Source: Thermoplasmata archaeon (GTDB lineage: Archaea > Thermoplasmatota > Thermoplasmata > Lutacidiplasmatales > UBA184). Taken from it: a stretch of DNA of 49,390 bases. The notes beneath the pieces are model-generated. The model searched no databases. It saw only the letters and a program-made list of their open reading frames with translations, and was not told where the DNA came from. How positions within the stretch are numbered: the first letter of the stretch is position 1; every line of letters begins with the position of its first letter. Below are positions 1 through 8,144 of this stretch, in pieces. The stretch lies in NCBI GenBank assembly GCA_021816955.1, contig JAKAWP010000005.1:1-49390 (forward strand), given 5' to 3'. A program made the translations under genes and the position numbers.

Positions 1-264
1 GGCGTCGGTACTTAACGAACCGTCGGCGGCGATCGCCGGTTCGGGCCGACCCGACGACCGTCGGGCCGGTCGGGTTGTTCCTCCGAAGACCGAGGCGGAG
101 AACGCGGCCGCCGGTGCGATGTTCTTCGACGCACCGCCTCGTACGATCCCCGCGGCGCGGGGTCTCCGGCGAAGGCCGGGGCGAACCGGCGATTCGCCCG
201 AGGCGCGCGGCCGCTCCGGACGGCTCGACACCGTTTTCCGCCGCCGACCCCGTAGGGCCGGCCG

Positions 265-726
265 ATGATGCCGCCGTCCGACCGGTTGAAGGCGCTCGGT
301 TGGGAGCTGCCGCCGCCGCCGACGCCGGCCGGCTCCTACGCGCCGGTCGTCGTCGATCGCGGGACGGCGTACGTGGCGGGCCAGATCGTCGTCGACGCCG
401 GGAAGGCGGTCTCGCCCGGTCGAGTCGACGAGGACGTCTCGGTGGAGCGGGCGAAGGAGCTCGCCCGGACGGCGACGCTCCAGGCCTTGAGCGCGATCGC
501 CGCCACGGTCGGCTCGATCGACCGGATCGATCGAATCGTTCGCGTCGCGGTGTTCGTCGCGAGCTCGCCGACGTTCGTTCGCGCCCACGAGGTGGCGAAC
601 GGAGCGACGGAGCCGCTATTCTCCCTGTTCGGCGAGGCCGGCCGGCCGGCTCGCGTCGCGGTCGGAGTCGCGGCGCTCCCGTTGAACGCCCCCGTCGAAG
701 TCGAACTGTGGGCGGCGATCCGGTAG
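265..726 (+). CDS. RidA/YjgF/TdcF-family enamine/imine deaminase (L-PSP fold)
   Basis: 153-aa ORF. The translation (GSYAPVVVDRGTAYVAGQI ... RVAVGVAALPLNAPVEVEL) follows the conserved YjgF/RidA layout. Third codon positions are GC-rich. ATG at 265 or 268. Confidence 0.85.
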   Translation: MMPPSDRLKALGWELPPPPTPAGSYAPVVVDRGTAYVAGQIVVDAGKAVSPGRVDEDVSVERAKELARTATLQALSAIAATVGSIDRIDRIVRVAVFVASSPTFVRAHEVANGATEPLFSLFGEAGRPARVAVGVAALPLNAPVEVELWAAIR

Positions 727-734
727 GAACGACC

Positions 735-1391
735 GTGGAGCCGACCGACCAAGCCGGCGTCTGGCGCGATGGGCGGACGCTCTACACCCGTAACGCGGTG
801 CCCGGCCGGACGGTCGGGGACGAAGCGGTTCGCCGGTCGGACGGCGTCGAGTACCGCGTCTGGGACCCGTTTCACTCCAAGCTCGCGGCGTACCTCCTGC
901 GCGGCGCTCCGCCGCGGCTCTGGAACGGCGCCCGCTCGATCCTCTACCTCGGTGGCGCCCACGGCACGACCGCGAGCCACCTCGCGGAAGCCGTCCCGGA
1001 CGCCCTCGTATTCGTAGTCGAGAAGAGCCCGGTCGCCTTCGCCCCGTTGCTGGCCTTGAGCCGCGAGCGGCCGAACCTCGTCCCGATGCTCGCCGACGCC
1101 CAGCTTCCCGAACGGTACGCCGCCGATGTCGGGCTGGTCGATTTCCTCTACCAGGATATCGCCCAACGCCAGCAGGCCGCGATCTTTGCCGAGAACGTCC
1201 GCACGCTGCTCGCGGACGGGGGGCGAGCCGTCCTGATGCTGAAGGTCCGTTCGGTGAGCCAGCGCCGGCCGGCGACCGAGGTCGTCCGGGCGGCTCGAGC
1301 GGAGCTCGAGCGCGCCGATCTGCGGATCGTTCACGAGGCGAACCTCCTGCCGTTCTCGCGCGAGCACGCCGCGCTCACGGTGCGCGCCTAG
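735..1391 (+). CDS. flpA: fibrillarin-like rRNA/tRNA 2'-O-methyltransferase (box C/D RNP catalytic subunit)
   Basis: Last 218 codons of ORF 75..1391. GTG at 735 lies 9 nt after the RidA stop. Hallmark motifs YRVWDPFHSKLAAYLL, ILYLGGAHGTTASHLAE (SAM motif I) and FLYQDIAQ are present. The upstream part of the ORF is Arg/Pro-rich, overlaps RidA and is not credible coding sequence. Confidence 0.85.
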   Translation: MEPTDQAGVWRDGRTLYTRNAVPGRTVGDEAVRRSDGVEYRVWDPFHSKLAAYLLRGAPPRLWNGARSILYLGGAHGTTASHLAEAVPDALVFVVEKSPVAFAPLLALSRERPNLVPMLADAQLPERYAADVGLVDFLYQDIAQRQQAAIFAENVRTLLADGGRAVLMLKVRSVSQRRPATEVVRAARAELERADLRIVHEANLLPFSREHAALTVRA

Positions 1392-1460
1392 GCGCCGACC
1401 GACGCGCCGGCCCGCGCCGTCCGAGGGGGCACGTTCCATCGACCGGCTGGTTCGCACCGG

Positions 1461-1468
1461 GAAAATAC
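1461..1468 (+). promoter_or_regulatory. TATA-like box (GAAAATAC) upstream of the 1501 operon
   Basis: The only AT-rich octamer in the 1392-1500 intergenic region. It lies about 35 nt upstream of the GTG at 1501, a spacing compatible with an archaeal TATA and a short 5' UTR. Confidence 0.3.
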
Positions 1469-1500
1469 CGACGACCCGTCGTCCTCGTCGGTGGTATCCC

Positions 1501-3684
1501 GTGAGCGGTTCAACCGACAGTCTTCGGCTCCCGCGGACGACGGCCCGATCGATCGCGCTCGTGCTGGCCCTGGTGAGCGTGGCCGCGGCCGGAGGGTTAG
1601 CGACCGGGATCGATCCCGCGGCGCGGCCCATCCCGAGAACCAGCGGAGCGATCTTTGCGGTCACCGACCCGATGGCCTTGGTCGTCGCGCCGGGCGCGGC
1701 GTCGCTCCGGCCCGGCGACACCATTTCGCTGAACGCGACGTGGACCGGGGTCCCGGTCGACTGCACGCTCGGCTCCGGCTGGTTCTCCTGGAGCTTCACG
1801 GGAGCCCCGGTCGCCCAGATCGTCGGGGCGTTTGACGGCCCGACGGTCACCCTCGTCGGCGACGCCTCGGCGCCGGGGGCCGAGGTCGCGTCGGTCCGAG
1901 CGGCCGTGACGGTGGCGTGCCCGAGCGGGGTCGAGACCCTCGAGCGCGTCGCGAACGCCACGCTAAGCGGAAACCTCCCGCTCGCGCTGCTCTCGCTCTC
2001 GGTCGGACCGAACCCGGTTCCGCCCGGAGCGACCGTCGTCGTTCGGGGAACGGTCGGGGGCGGCCTCCCGCCGTACCGAGTCGAGGTCGACTGGCGAAAC
2101 GGCGACACTTCGAACGCGGTCGTCGGCCCGAACGGCTCGTTTGCGCTCTCGACCACCGACCCGCCCGGCCGCTCCGATCCCACCCTGACCTGCTCGGACG
2201 CGGCGGGCGACGAGCTCCGAGTGACGGTGCCGACACCTGTCGTGTCGAGCGCCGGCCCGGCCGTCGCGATCGACGGCCCCGACCGAGGGGTCGCTGCCGG
2301 GTCGGCGGCCCCGTTCCGTGCGGTCGTCTCCGGCGTCTTCGGGGACGTCTCGTACGCGTGGGCGGTCAACGGGCGTCGAGTGGCCGGGGCGAACACGTCG
2401 GCGTGGACGCTGCCGACCCGCTCGCCCGGCCTCGTGAACGTCTCGGTCGACGTCGAGGCTCCGTTCGGGCTCGTGGCGTCGTACTTCGACCTCGTGGTCG
2501 GCGCCCCGATCACGCTCCGTCCCCTTCCGCTCTCGGAGGTCGTCGGGGCGAGCGCGACGACGACGACCAGCTATCTCGAGCTGCGCGGAGGCGTCCCGCC
2601 GCTGGTCGCGAGCGGGCCTGATTTCTCCGCGACGGTGGACGGACCCGGGCTGCTGGCGTTTCCGTGGCCCCGCTCGCTCCCCGACCCTGGGATGGTCGAC
2701 GTGCGCGTGCGGGATAGCGAGAACGGGAGCGCCGCCGCGGCGTTCGCGCGTCCGGTGCCTTCCCCGTCACCCGATCTCGCGCTCACTGGATTCGCCGAGG
2801 GCACGAACGGGACGTGGCAGTTCGGCGTGGACGTCCGCATCTCGGGCGGCTCCCCACCGTTCGACCTCACGATCCGTTCCGACCCACCGCCGACCGTCTT
2901 CGGTGCCACGGCCGTCGCCCTCGGCTCGGCGCGATCGTGGTTTGGCGCCGGGCGATTCGCCCCCGCGACGGGGGTCACCTTCACCGTCGAAGTGGTCGAC
3001 GGGGTGGGCGCTACGAACGCCAGCTCGATCGTCGCGTACGCGGACCCGCCCCTCCGAACAGCGTTCGACCTCGAGGTGGGAACGGGGAACATTTCCCCGG
3101 TCATCGCATTCGTCGGGACCGTGTACGGAGGCGATCCCCCGTACACGATCTCGATCACGGTCGGGGGCAGCGAGAGCTGGACCGCGAGTGACCCGGCGCC
3201 GGGGCTCGTCGAGTACGACGTGCCGACGAACGGCTCGGGACCCGTCGACGTGGCCTGGGTGGTCCGGGACTCGGCCAACCAGAGCACGGGCGGTTCCGCG
3301 ATCGTGGTCGTTCCGGCGGGCGTGCCGGGAGCGACGGCCGGAGGCAACGAGCTCGTCGTCGATCTATTGCTCGCGGGACTGATTGTCGCAGCGCTCGGTG
3401 GGGCTGTCGCTCTCCGGGTACGCCGGAGAGAATCCTCCGGCCGTCCCCGAAGGGCGGGCGACGTTCCGGCGGTGATTCGAACGCTGGCCGGCGAGCCGGC
3501 CGGCCTCGAGCGGGAGCTCCTCGAGGCGCTCGCCGTCGACCAGGGGCTTCCGTCGGACGCCGTGCGCCGGGAGGTCGACCGGATGATCGAGGACGGTCGG
3601 CTGCAGAAGGTCGAATCGACCGACGGGGTCGATCGGTGGAGGATCGCCCCACCAATCGGCCCGGGATCCGGAGCGCGGCCATGA
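1501..3684 (+). CDS. secreted Ig/PKD-like repeat surface protein with C-terminal TM helix and cytoplasmic winged-helix-like domain
   Basis: 727 aa. N-terminal signal/anchor (RSIALVLALVSVAAAGG). About six ~90-100-aa modules carry recurring GG-x-PP-[YFL] motifs (GGGLPPYRVEVDW, GGVPPLVASG, GGSPPFDLTI, GGDPPYTISI). TM helix LVVDLLLAGLIVAALGGAVAL (3352-3414) is followed by RVRRRE and an ~89-aa tail (3415-3681) with a helix-turn-helix/wing-like pattern (LERELLEALAVDQGLPSDAVRREVDRMIEDGRLQKVESTDGVDRWRI). The stop overlaps the next start (ATGA at 3681). Confidence 0.8.
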   Translation: MSGSTDSLRLPRTTARSIALVLALVSVAAAGGLATGIDPAARPIPRTSGAIFAVTDPMALVVAPGAASLRPGDTISLNATWTGVPVDCTLGSGWFSWSFTGAPVAQIVGAFDGPTVTLVGDASAPGAEVASVRAAVTVACPSGVETLERVANATLSGNLPLALLSLSVGPNPVPPGATVVVRGTVGGGLPPYRVEVDWRNGDTSNAVVGPNGSFALSTTDPPGRSDPTLTCSDAAGDELRVTVPTPVVSSAGPAVAIDGPDRGVAAGSAAPFRAVVSGVFGDVSYAWAVNGRRVAGANTSAWTLPTRSPGLVNVSVDVEAPFGLVASYFDLVVGAPITLRPLPLSEVVGASATTTTSYLELRGGVPPLVASGPDFSATVDGPGLLAFPWPRSLPDPGMVDVRVRDSENGSAAAAFARPVPSPSPDLALTGFAEGTNGTWQFGVDVRISGGSPPFDLTIRSDPPPTVFGATAVALGSARSWFGAGRFAPATGVTFTVEVVDGVGATNASSIVAYADPPLRTAFDLEVGTGNISPVIAFVGTVYGGDPPYTISITVGGSESWTASDPAPGLVEYDVPTNGSGPVDVAWVVRDSANQSTGGSAIVVVPAGVPGATAGGNELVVDLLLAGLIVAALGGAVALRVRRRESSGRPRRAGDVPAVIRTLAGEPAGLERELLEALAVDQGLPSDAVRREVDRMIEDGRLQKVESTDGVDRWRIAPPIGPGSGARP

Positions 3685-4082
3685 CGAGCCGTTCTTGGGC
3701 GTCGATCGGGGGAAGCGCGCTCGCGATCGGACTGGTGCTCCTCGTGACGGCCGGCTCGGCCGTCGCGACCGGGGCTCCGCCGAACGCGGGCGCGCACCCC
3801 GTCGTGACGGCGGCCGCCTCCCGGGGGTCGCACGCGGCGAGCCCCGTCGGCAACTTCTCGGCCGCCATCGACCGGCTCGTCGAGCTCGTGGGGATCGCCG
3901 GCGCCGGCCTGCTCGCGCTCGTCTGGGCACGCGTCGCGCTCAGCTGGTTCTCGCACGACACGATGAAGAAGGTCCAGGCCAAAGAACGGGCCCGGGACGC
4001 GCTCGTCGGGACGCTCCTCTTCGTCGCCGCGGTGAGCGGGCTCGTCTGGGCGCTCGCGCAGTGGGTCTTCACCGGCGCGTAA
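3681..4082 (+). CDS. VirB2/TrbC/CedA1-like conjugative-type pilin candidate (two-helix hairpin protein with long leader)
   Basis: 133 aa. Signal-like N-terminus (ALAIGLVLLVTAGSAVA), a spacer, then hydrophobic helix 1 (residues ~62-90, AIDRLVELVGIAGAGLLALVWARVALSWF). A short basic loop (SHDTMKKVQAKERARD) is followed by hydrophobic helix 2 (LVGTLLFVAAVSGLVWALAQWVF). ATGA overlap with the upstream gene. A GGGGGA RBS-like stretch follows before the next gene. Confidence 0.55.
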   Translation: MTSRSWASIGGSALAIGLVLLVTAGSAVATGAPPNAGAHPVVTAAASRGSHAASPVGNFSAAIDRLVELVGIAGAGLLALVWARVALSWFSHDTMKKVQAKERARDALVGTLLFVAAVSGLVWALAQWVFTGA

Positions 4083-4090
4083 GGGGGACG

Positions 4091-5233
4091 ATGAACTTCT
4101 GGTCGATCGTTCAGCCGATCCTCTTCGCGCTGTTCGCCCTCCTCACGGCCGCGCTGTCGGCGATCATCGCGCCGACGTACGACCACCTGTTCGTTCCGGA
4201 GATGCAGCCCGCGGCGCTCTACCCTCCGCTCACGGGGGCGGCGGCGCACGGCTCGGTCTTCGGGAACGCTGCCGCGTTCAGCGGCTACTTGCTCACGGGC
4301 ATCGTGGACCCGGCGATCGCGCTCGGGGCGATCGGCCTCGGCGTCGCCTATCTCGTCCGCAGTGTCGGCGGCCGCTGGGCGCTCTCGATCGACTCGTTCC
4401 TCGTCCGGCTCATCGTCGCCGTCTTCGGCGCGAACTTTGCGCTCCCGATCGCGGGCGGGGTGCTCAGCGTCGCCGGGGCCGCCTTTCCCGTCTTCTCGGG
4501 ATGGGACGGCGGCGCCTGGCAACACTGGGACAACCTCGCCGGCCCCGGCCTCGTCTCGTTCTCCTGGTCGAACGGGGCGCTCGCGTTCATCCTGGCGTTC
4601 GCCCTGTTCGCCCTCGTCTTCCTCCTCGCGCTGGCGATCGGGGTGCGGGACGGGCTCCTCGCCGTCCTCTTGGTCGTCCTTCCGCTCTTCACCCTCCTCG
4701 CGCCGTTCCCGATCGCTTCCCAGCTCGCCCGTCGGGCGTGGCTCCTCTTCGTCGAGCTGGCGTTCTTGCCGTGCGTCCTCGTCATCCCGCTCGAGCTCGC
4801 CGTCGGAAGTCCGAACATCGTCCTGCTCCTGTCGCTCCTCACCGTAGCGCTCGCCTCGCCGTACCTACTCTCGCTGAGCGGCCAGTCGTTGAGCGGCTTC
4901 GGGTTCCCGAGCGCCGGGACGACGGTGGCGTACGCCACCCAGCGGGGTCTTTCGAGCGCGTCGTACGCCGGGGCGAACTACACCGCTCCGCTCGCGGGCG
5001 GGACGGCCGGCGGTGCCGTGACCTCCGGCGGGCGGTCGGCCGGGCTTGCCCTCCGCTCGGCGGGTTCGGCGGGGCTTCCGGCCGCCGGCCCGGTGCTCGT
5101 CGCCGAGGCCGTCGGCCGGGGGGCTTCGCACCTGATCCACCACCTGCGCCCGGGCGGACCCGACCGGGACGGCGGCGCCCACGGGCGAGTCCGCTTCCGG
5201 GTTTCGCGTGACCGGCCGACGGAACTCCCATGA
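4091..5233 (+). CDS. polytopic membrane protein, VirB6/TrbL/CedA-like candidate
   Basis: 380 aa taken from ATG 4091 of ORF 3695..5233. There are at least six hydrophobic segments and a Gly/Ala/Ser-rich C-terminal tail. It sits between the pilin-like gene and the VirB4-like gene. The stop overlaps the next start (ATGA at 5230). Confidence 0.5.
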   Translation: MNFWSIVQPILFALFALLTAALSAIIAPTYDHLFVPEMQPAALYPPLTGAAAHGSVFGNAAAFSGYLLTGIVDPAIALGAIGLGVAYLVRSVGGRWALSIDSFLVRLIVAVFGANFALPIAGGVLSVAGAAFPVFSGWDGGAWQHWDNLAGPGLVSFSWSNGALAFILAFALFALVFLLALAIGVRDGLLAVLLVVLPLFTLLAPFPIASQLARRAWLLFVELAFLPCVLVIPLELAVGSPNIVLLLSLLTVALASPYLLSLSGQSLSGFGFPSAGTTVAYATQRGLSSASYAGANYTAPLAGGTAGGAVTSGGRSAGLALRSAGSAGLPAAGPVLVAEAVGRGASHLIHHLRPGGPDRDGGAHGRVRFRVSRDRPTELP

Positions 5234-6015
5234 GCGATCCCGTCGACGGCCCGCTGATCGTCACCCTGCCGGACCGGGTCGACCGACGGCTTTCGCTCGG
5301 TCCGTTCCCATCCGCTCGGGAGGCGCTCAAGTTCGCCGGCTACGCGGCGGCGGGCGCTCCGATCGTCCCGTGGGTCGGAGCGCTCGGCTGGCTCCCGTTC
5401 GTCGTCGCTGGCTTCGTGGTCGCCACCGTTCGCCCGGGAGGCCGGGGCCTCGACGCGCGGATGGCCGACTGGCTCGCCTACCGATTCCGTCGGGCGGCCG
5501 GACCGGCCGGGGTTCAGCGCCGGTCGGTTCGTCTCTCCCACGGCTTCGTGCGGGTCAGCCCCGGCCGGTTCGCCGTCGTGATCCGGGCGGAAGGGATCCC
5601 CCTTTCCTTTCTCCCGCCCGAGGAGCACCGGCAGCGGTTCGAACGGTACCGCGAGGTGATCCGGGCGGCCCGCCCGTCGTTCGCGGTGGTGGCGACGTCG
5701 ATCCCGATCGACGAAGCCGCGGTCGCCCCGGCCCGTTCGCCGCTCGTCGACCGCGAGTCGGACGGCGAAGCGGCGGCCCGCCGCGCCTACGAGGAGCTGA
5801 GCCGCCTGCTCGCTCGCCGGCGGCGCCACCGACGGGTCTACTTCGCCCTCTTCGGAGACGGCGCAACGGCCGATACTCTTCGGTCGCTCGAGGGACGGGC
5901 CACTCGGGTTGTCGAGGGGCTGGCCGGCCTCGGCGTCTCGCCGACCCGACTGTACGGTCCGGCCCTCGAACGCGCCGCTCGATCGTTCGGCTGGGCGACC
6001 GGAGGACCGACGTGA
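5230..6015 (+). CDS. membrane protein with PrgI/TcpE/VirB3-like N-terminus and soluble C-terminal domain
   Basis: 261 aa. The N-terminus (LPDRVDRRLSLGPFPSAREALKFAGYAAAG) is followed by two hydrophobic segments (APIVPWVGALGWLPFVVAGFVVATV), the layout of VirB3-type proteins. The following ~170-aa soluble domain (FAVVIRAEGIPLSFLPPEEHRQRFERYREVI...) resembles N-terminal domains of Gram-positive/archaeal VirB4 proteins, by memory only. GTGA overlap at 6012. Confidence 0.45.
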   Translation: MSDPVDGPLIVTLPDRVDRRLSLGPFPSAREALKFAGYAAAGAPIVPWVGALGWLPFVVAGFVVATVRPGGRGLDARMADWLAYRFRRAAGPAGVQRRSVRLSHGFVRVSPGRFAVVIRAEGIPLSFLPPEEHRQRFERYREVIRAARPSFAVVATSIPIDEAAVAPARSPLVDRESDGEAAARRAYEELSRLLARRRRHRRVYFALFGDGATADTLRSLEGRATRVVEGLAGLGVSPTRLYGPALERAARSFGWATGGPT

Positions 6016-6374
6016 CCGCGCCGGCCGCGCGGCTCGACATGGAGCCGTTCCGGTTCGCGGTCGTCCTAGCGAGCGTCGCGGCCGTGCTGAGCGTCGCGGA
6101 CCCGCTGCTGTCCGTCGCCGCGGCGACGCTCGGGGCGCTGGCGATCGGCTCGGCGCTCGTGACGATCGCCCGCGAGCGCCGCGCGGGGCACCCCATCGCG
6201 GCTCCGACCGTCTTCCTGGGAGTGGCGGCCGTCGGCGCAGCCGTCTACCTCATCGGTCCCGTCGGGCTCGGGGCCGTGCGGGCGATCCTGTTTGCCGGCA
6301 CGCTGTGGCCGCTCGCGGGGACGCTCCGCGCACCGTCCGGGCCGCCCCGAGCGGCGGAGGGAGGGCGCCCGTGA
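6012..6374 (+). CDS. small polytopic membrane protein (3-4 TM), unknown function
   Basis: 120 aa from GTG 6012 (alternative ATG 6039), in the frame of ORF 5208..6374. The protein is almost entirely hydrophobic (FAVVLASVAAVLSV..., LGALAIGSALVTIA, VFLGVAAVGAAVYLIGPVGLGAV). Both ends are coupled by GTGA overlaps. Confidence 0.6.
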   Translation: MTAPAARLDMEPFRFAVVLASVAAVLSVADPLLSVAAATLGALAIGSALVTIARERRAGHPIAAPTVFLGVAAVGAAVYLIGPVGLGAVRAILFAGTLWPLAGTLRAPSGPPRAAEGGRP

Positions 6375-8044
6375 AGCGAAGCGACGCGCGGCGCGCCGAG
6401 GGGCCGACCTGGCTCAAGATCGGCCGTCAGTACGCCGCGCCGATCCTGCTCGCCGAGCTTCCCCGCGAACTCGCCTTCGGCGCGGTCGCCCGGATCGCTC
6501 CGCCCCGCGAGACCGTGGAGCTTCACCTCGAAGCCGTCGAGCTCGGGAGCGAGGAAGCCCGGACGCTCGTCCACCGCGCGCGCGCCGTCGCCGAAGCGGA
6601 GCTCGCGCACGGCGCAGGGACGGAAACGGCTCCGCTGGAGGCCGCCCGGGCGAGCGCGGAGGAGCTCGGGGGCCGACTCGCCCGCCGGGAAGAGCTCCTG
6701 TTGAAGGTCGGAATCCGGTTCGTCGCGATGGCGTCGTCCGTGGCGGACACCACGGCGCTCGGCGCGACGGTCGAGTCGCGACTGTCGTCCCTCGGCTTTC
6801 GGATCGCCGAGAGCCGCTACCAGAGCCGGGCCGCGCTCGCCCCGCTCGGCTCGTCGGCGGGGGGCGCCCGGCCCGCCGCGTTCTTCCACACCCTGCCGAC
6901 GGACAGCGTCGCCGCGTTCTACCCGTTCGGCGACGAGGCGGTGATCGAACGGCACGGACTGCTCGTCGGCCTCACGCTCGACGAAGCGGCACCGGTCTTT
7001 CTCGATCGGTGGGGCGCGGCGAGCTACTCGTGGGGGTACTTCGGCGCGACCGGCTCCGGCAAGACGTTCAGCGCCGCGCTCACGGTGCTCCGCAGTCGCT
7101 GGCTCACCCCGGACCTCACTGTGATCGTCCTCGACCCGCTCGGCGAGTTCGGTCCGCTCGCCCGCGCGATCGGCGGGTCGGTGTGGGCGCCGGGTAGCTC
7201 CGACGGCCCGCGGTTGAACCCGCTCGACCCGGTGAGCGCGGGCGGCGACCGACGGGAAAAGGCCGGCCGGGTCGCCGCGCACCTCGCCGCGCTCTTTCCG
7301 AGCCTGCGGGACGAGGAAGCGGCGGCGCTCGACCGGGCCGTCTACCGACTGTACTCGGACGGGCCGGCCGTCCCGACGCTCGGCGATCTCGCGGAACGAG
7401 TCGCCGGCGATCCGGCCGGACCGCCCCGGCTCTCCCAGCTGCTCGAGGTGTTCCGCTCAGGGTCGCTCGCCGGATTGAGCGGTCCGACGACCGTCCCTCC
7501 GCTCGATCGGTTCACCGTGGTCGACCTCTCCCACGCGGCGGAGAACCACCTCCCGTTCCACCTCGCCTACACGCTCGACTGGGCGTACGGGCAGCTGCGG
7601 GACCGGCCGGGGCGAAAGCTCCTCGTCGTCGACGAGGCGCACCTGCTCGCCCGGCACCCGACGACGGCCGACTTCTTCGACCGGATCGTCCGGCACATCC
7701 GCCATTACTCCGCCGGCCTCCTCGTTCTCAGCCAGGCGCCCGACGACTTTCTCGCCACGCCGAGCGGCCGGTCGATCCTGCGGAACTTGCGAGCGACATT
7801 CCTCTACCGCTTGAGCCACGTCTCCGACGAGGTACGGCGGTTCTACGGACTCACCTCGGGCGAGGCCGACTGGCTGCCGCGCGCGCGGCTTCCCCGGGAA
7901 GCCGGCTACGCCGAAGCCCTCTTGCGGACCGGGGACGACCACCTCCCGCTCGCCGTCGTCGCCGCATCGGCGGAGTACGAATTCCTCTCGCACCTCCTCG
8001 ACCGCCCGGCGAGCCGACCGCGACCCGACCGGCCGACGGCGTGA
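6371..8044 (+). CDS. VirB4/TrbE/CedB-family T4SS ATPase
   Basis: 557 aa from GTG 6371 of ORF 5909..8044. N-terminal pattern IGRQYAAPILLAELPRELAFGAVARI. Walker A GATGSGKT (7043-7066). Walker B LLVVDE-AH (7619-7636). Downstream LLVLSQAPDDF motif. The gene context contains VirB2-, VirB6- and VirB3-like genes. Confidence 0.8.
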   Translation: MKRSDARRAEGPTWLKIGRQYAAPILLAELPRELAFGAVARIAPPRETVELHLEAVELGSEEARTLVHRARAVAEAELAHGAGTETAPLEAARASAEELGGRLARREELLLKVGIRFVAMASSVADTTALGATVESRLSSLGFRIAESRYQSRAALAPLGSSAGGARPAAFFHTLPTDSVAAFYPFGDEAVIERHGLLVGLTLDEAAPVFLDRWGAASYSWGYFGATGSGKTFSAALTVLRSRWLTPDLTVIVLDPLGEFGPLARAIGGSVWAPGSSDGPRLNPLDPVSAGGDRREKAGRVAAHLAALFPSLRDEEAAALDRAVYRLYSDGPAVPTLGDLAERVAGDPAGPPRLSQLLEVFRSGSLAGLSGPTTVPPLDRFTVVDLSHAAENHLPFHLAYTLDWAYGQLRDRPGRKLLVVDEAHLLARHPTTADFFDRIVRHIRHYSAGLLVLSQAPDDFLATPSGRSILRNLRATFLYRLSHVSDEVRRFYGLTSGEADWLPRARLPREAGYAEALLRTGDDHLPLAVVAASAEYEFLSHLLDRPASRPRPDRPTA

Positions 8045-8144
8045 CGGCCGAGGTCCGCCGGAGCGTCGGACGGGCGGTGGGTCATGCCGTCGCCCGTTCG
8101 GCTCGAACACGAGGCTTATCTGCCGGCCCCGGCGACGATCAATC

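Noticed and set aside
1-268. Frame-2 reading frame open from the left edge to a TGA (266-268) embedded in the ATGATG RidA start
   Set aside because: The ATGA-type junction could indicate the 3' end of an upstream coupled gene. However, the translation is Arg/Pro/Gly-rich with nothing recognisable and only moderate GC3, so it cannot be supported from this fragment.
336-2513. 725-aa minus-strand ORF antisense to RidA, fibrillarin and the surface-protein gene
   Set aside because: The composition is Arg/Pro/Ser/Thr/Ala-rich and low-complexity with no recognisable motifs. It is fully antisense to three well-supported genes. This is a typical stop-codon-poor shadow frame of high-GC DNA.
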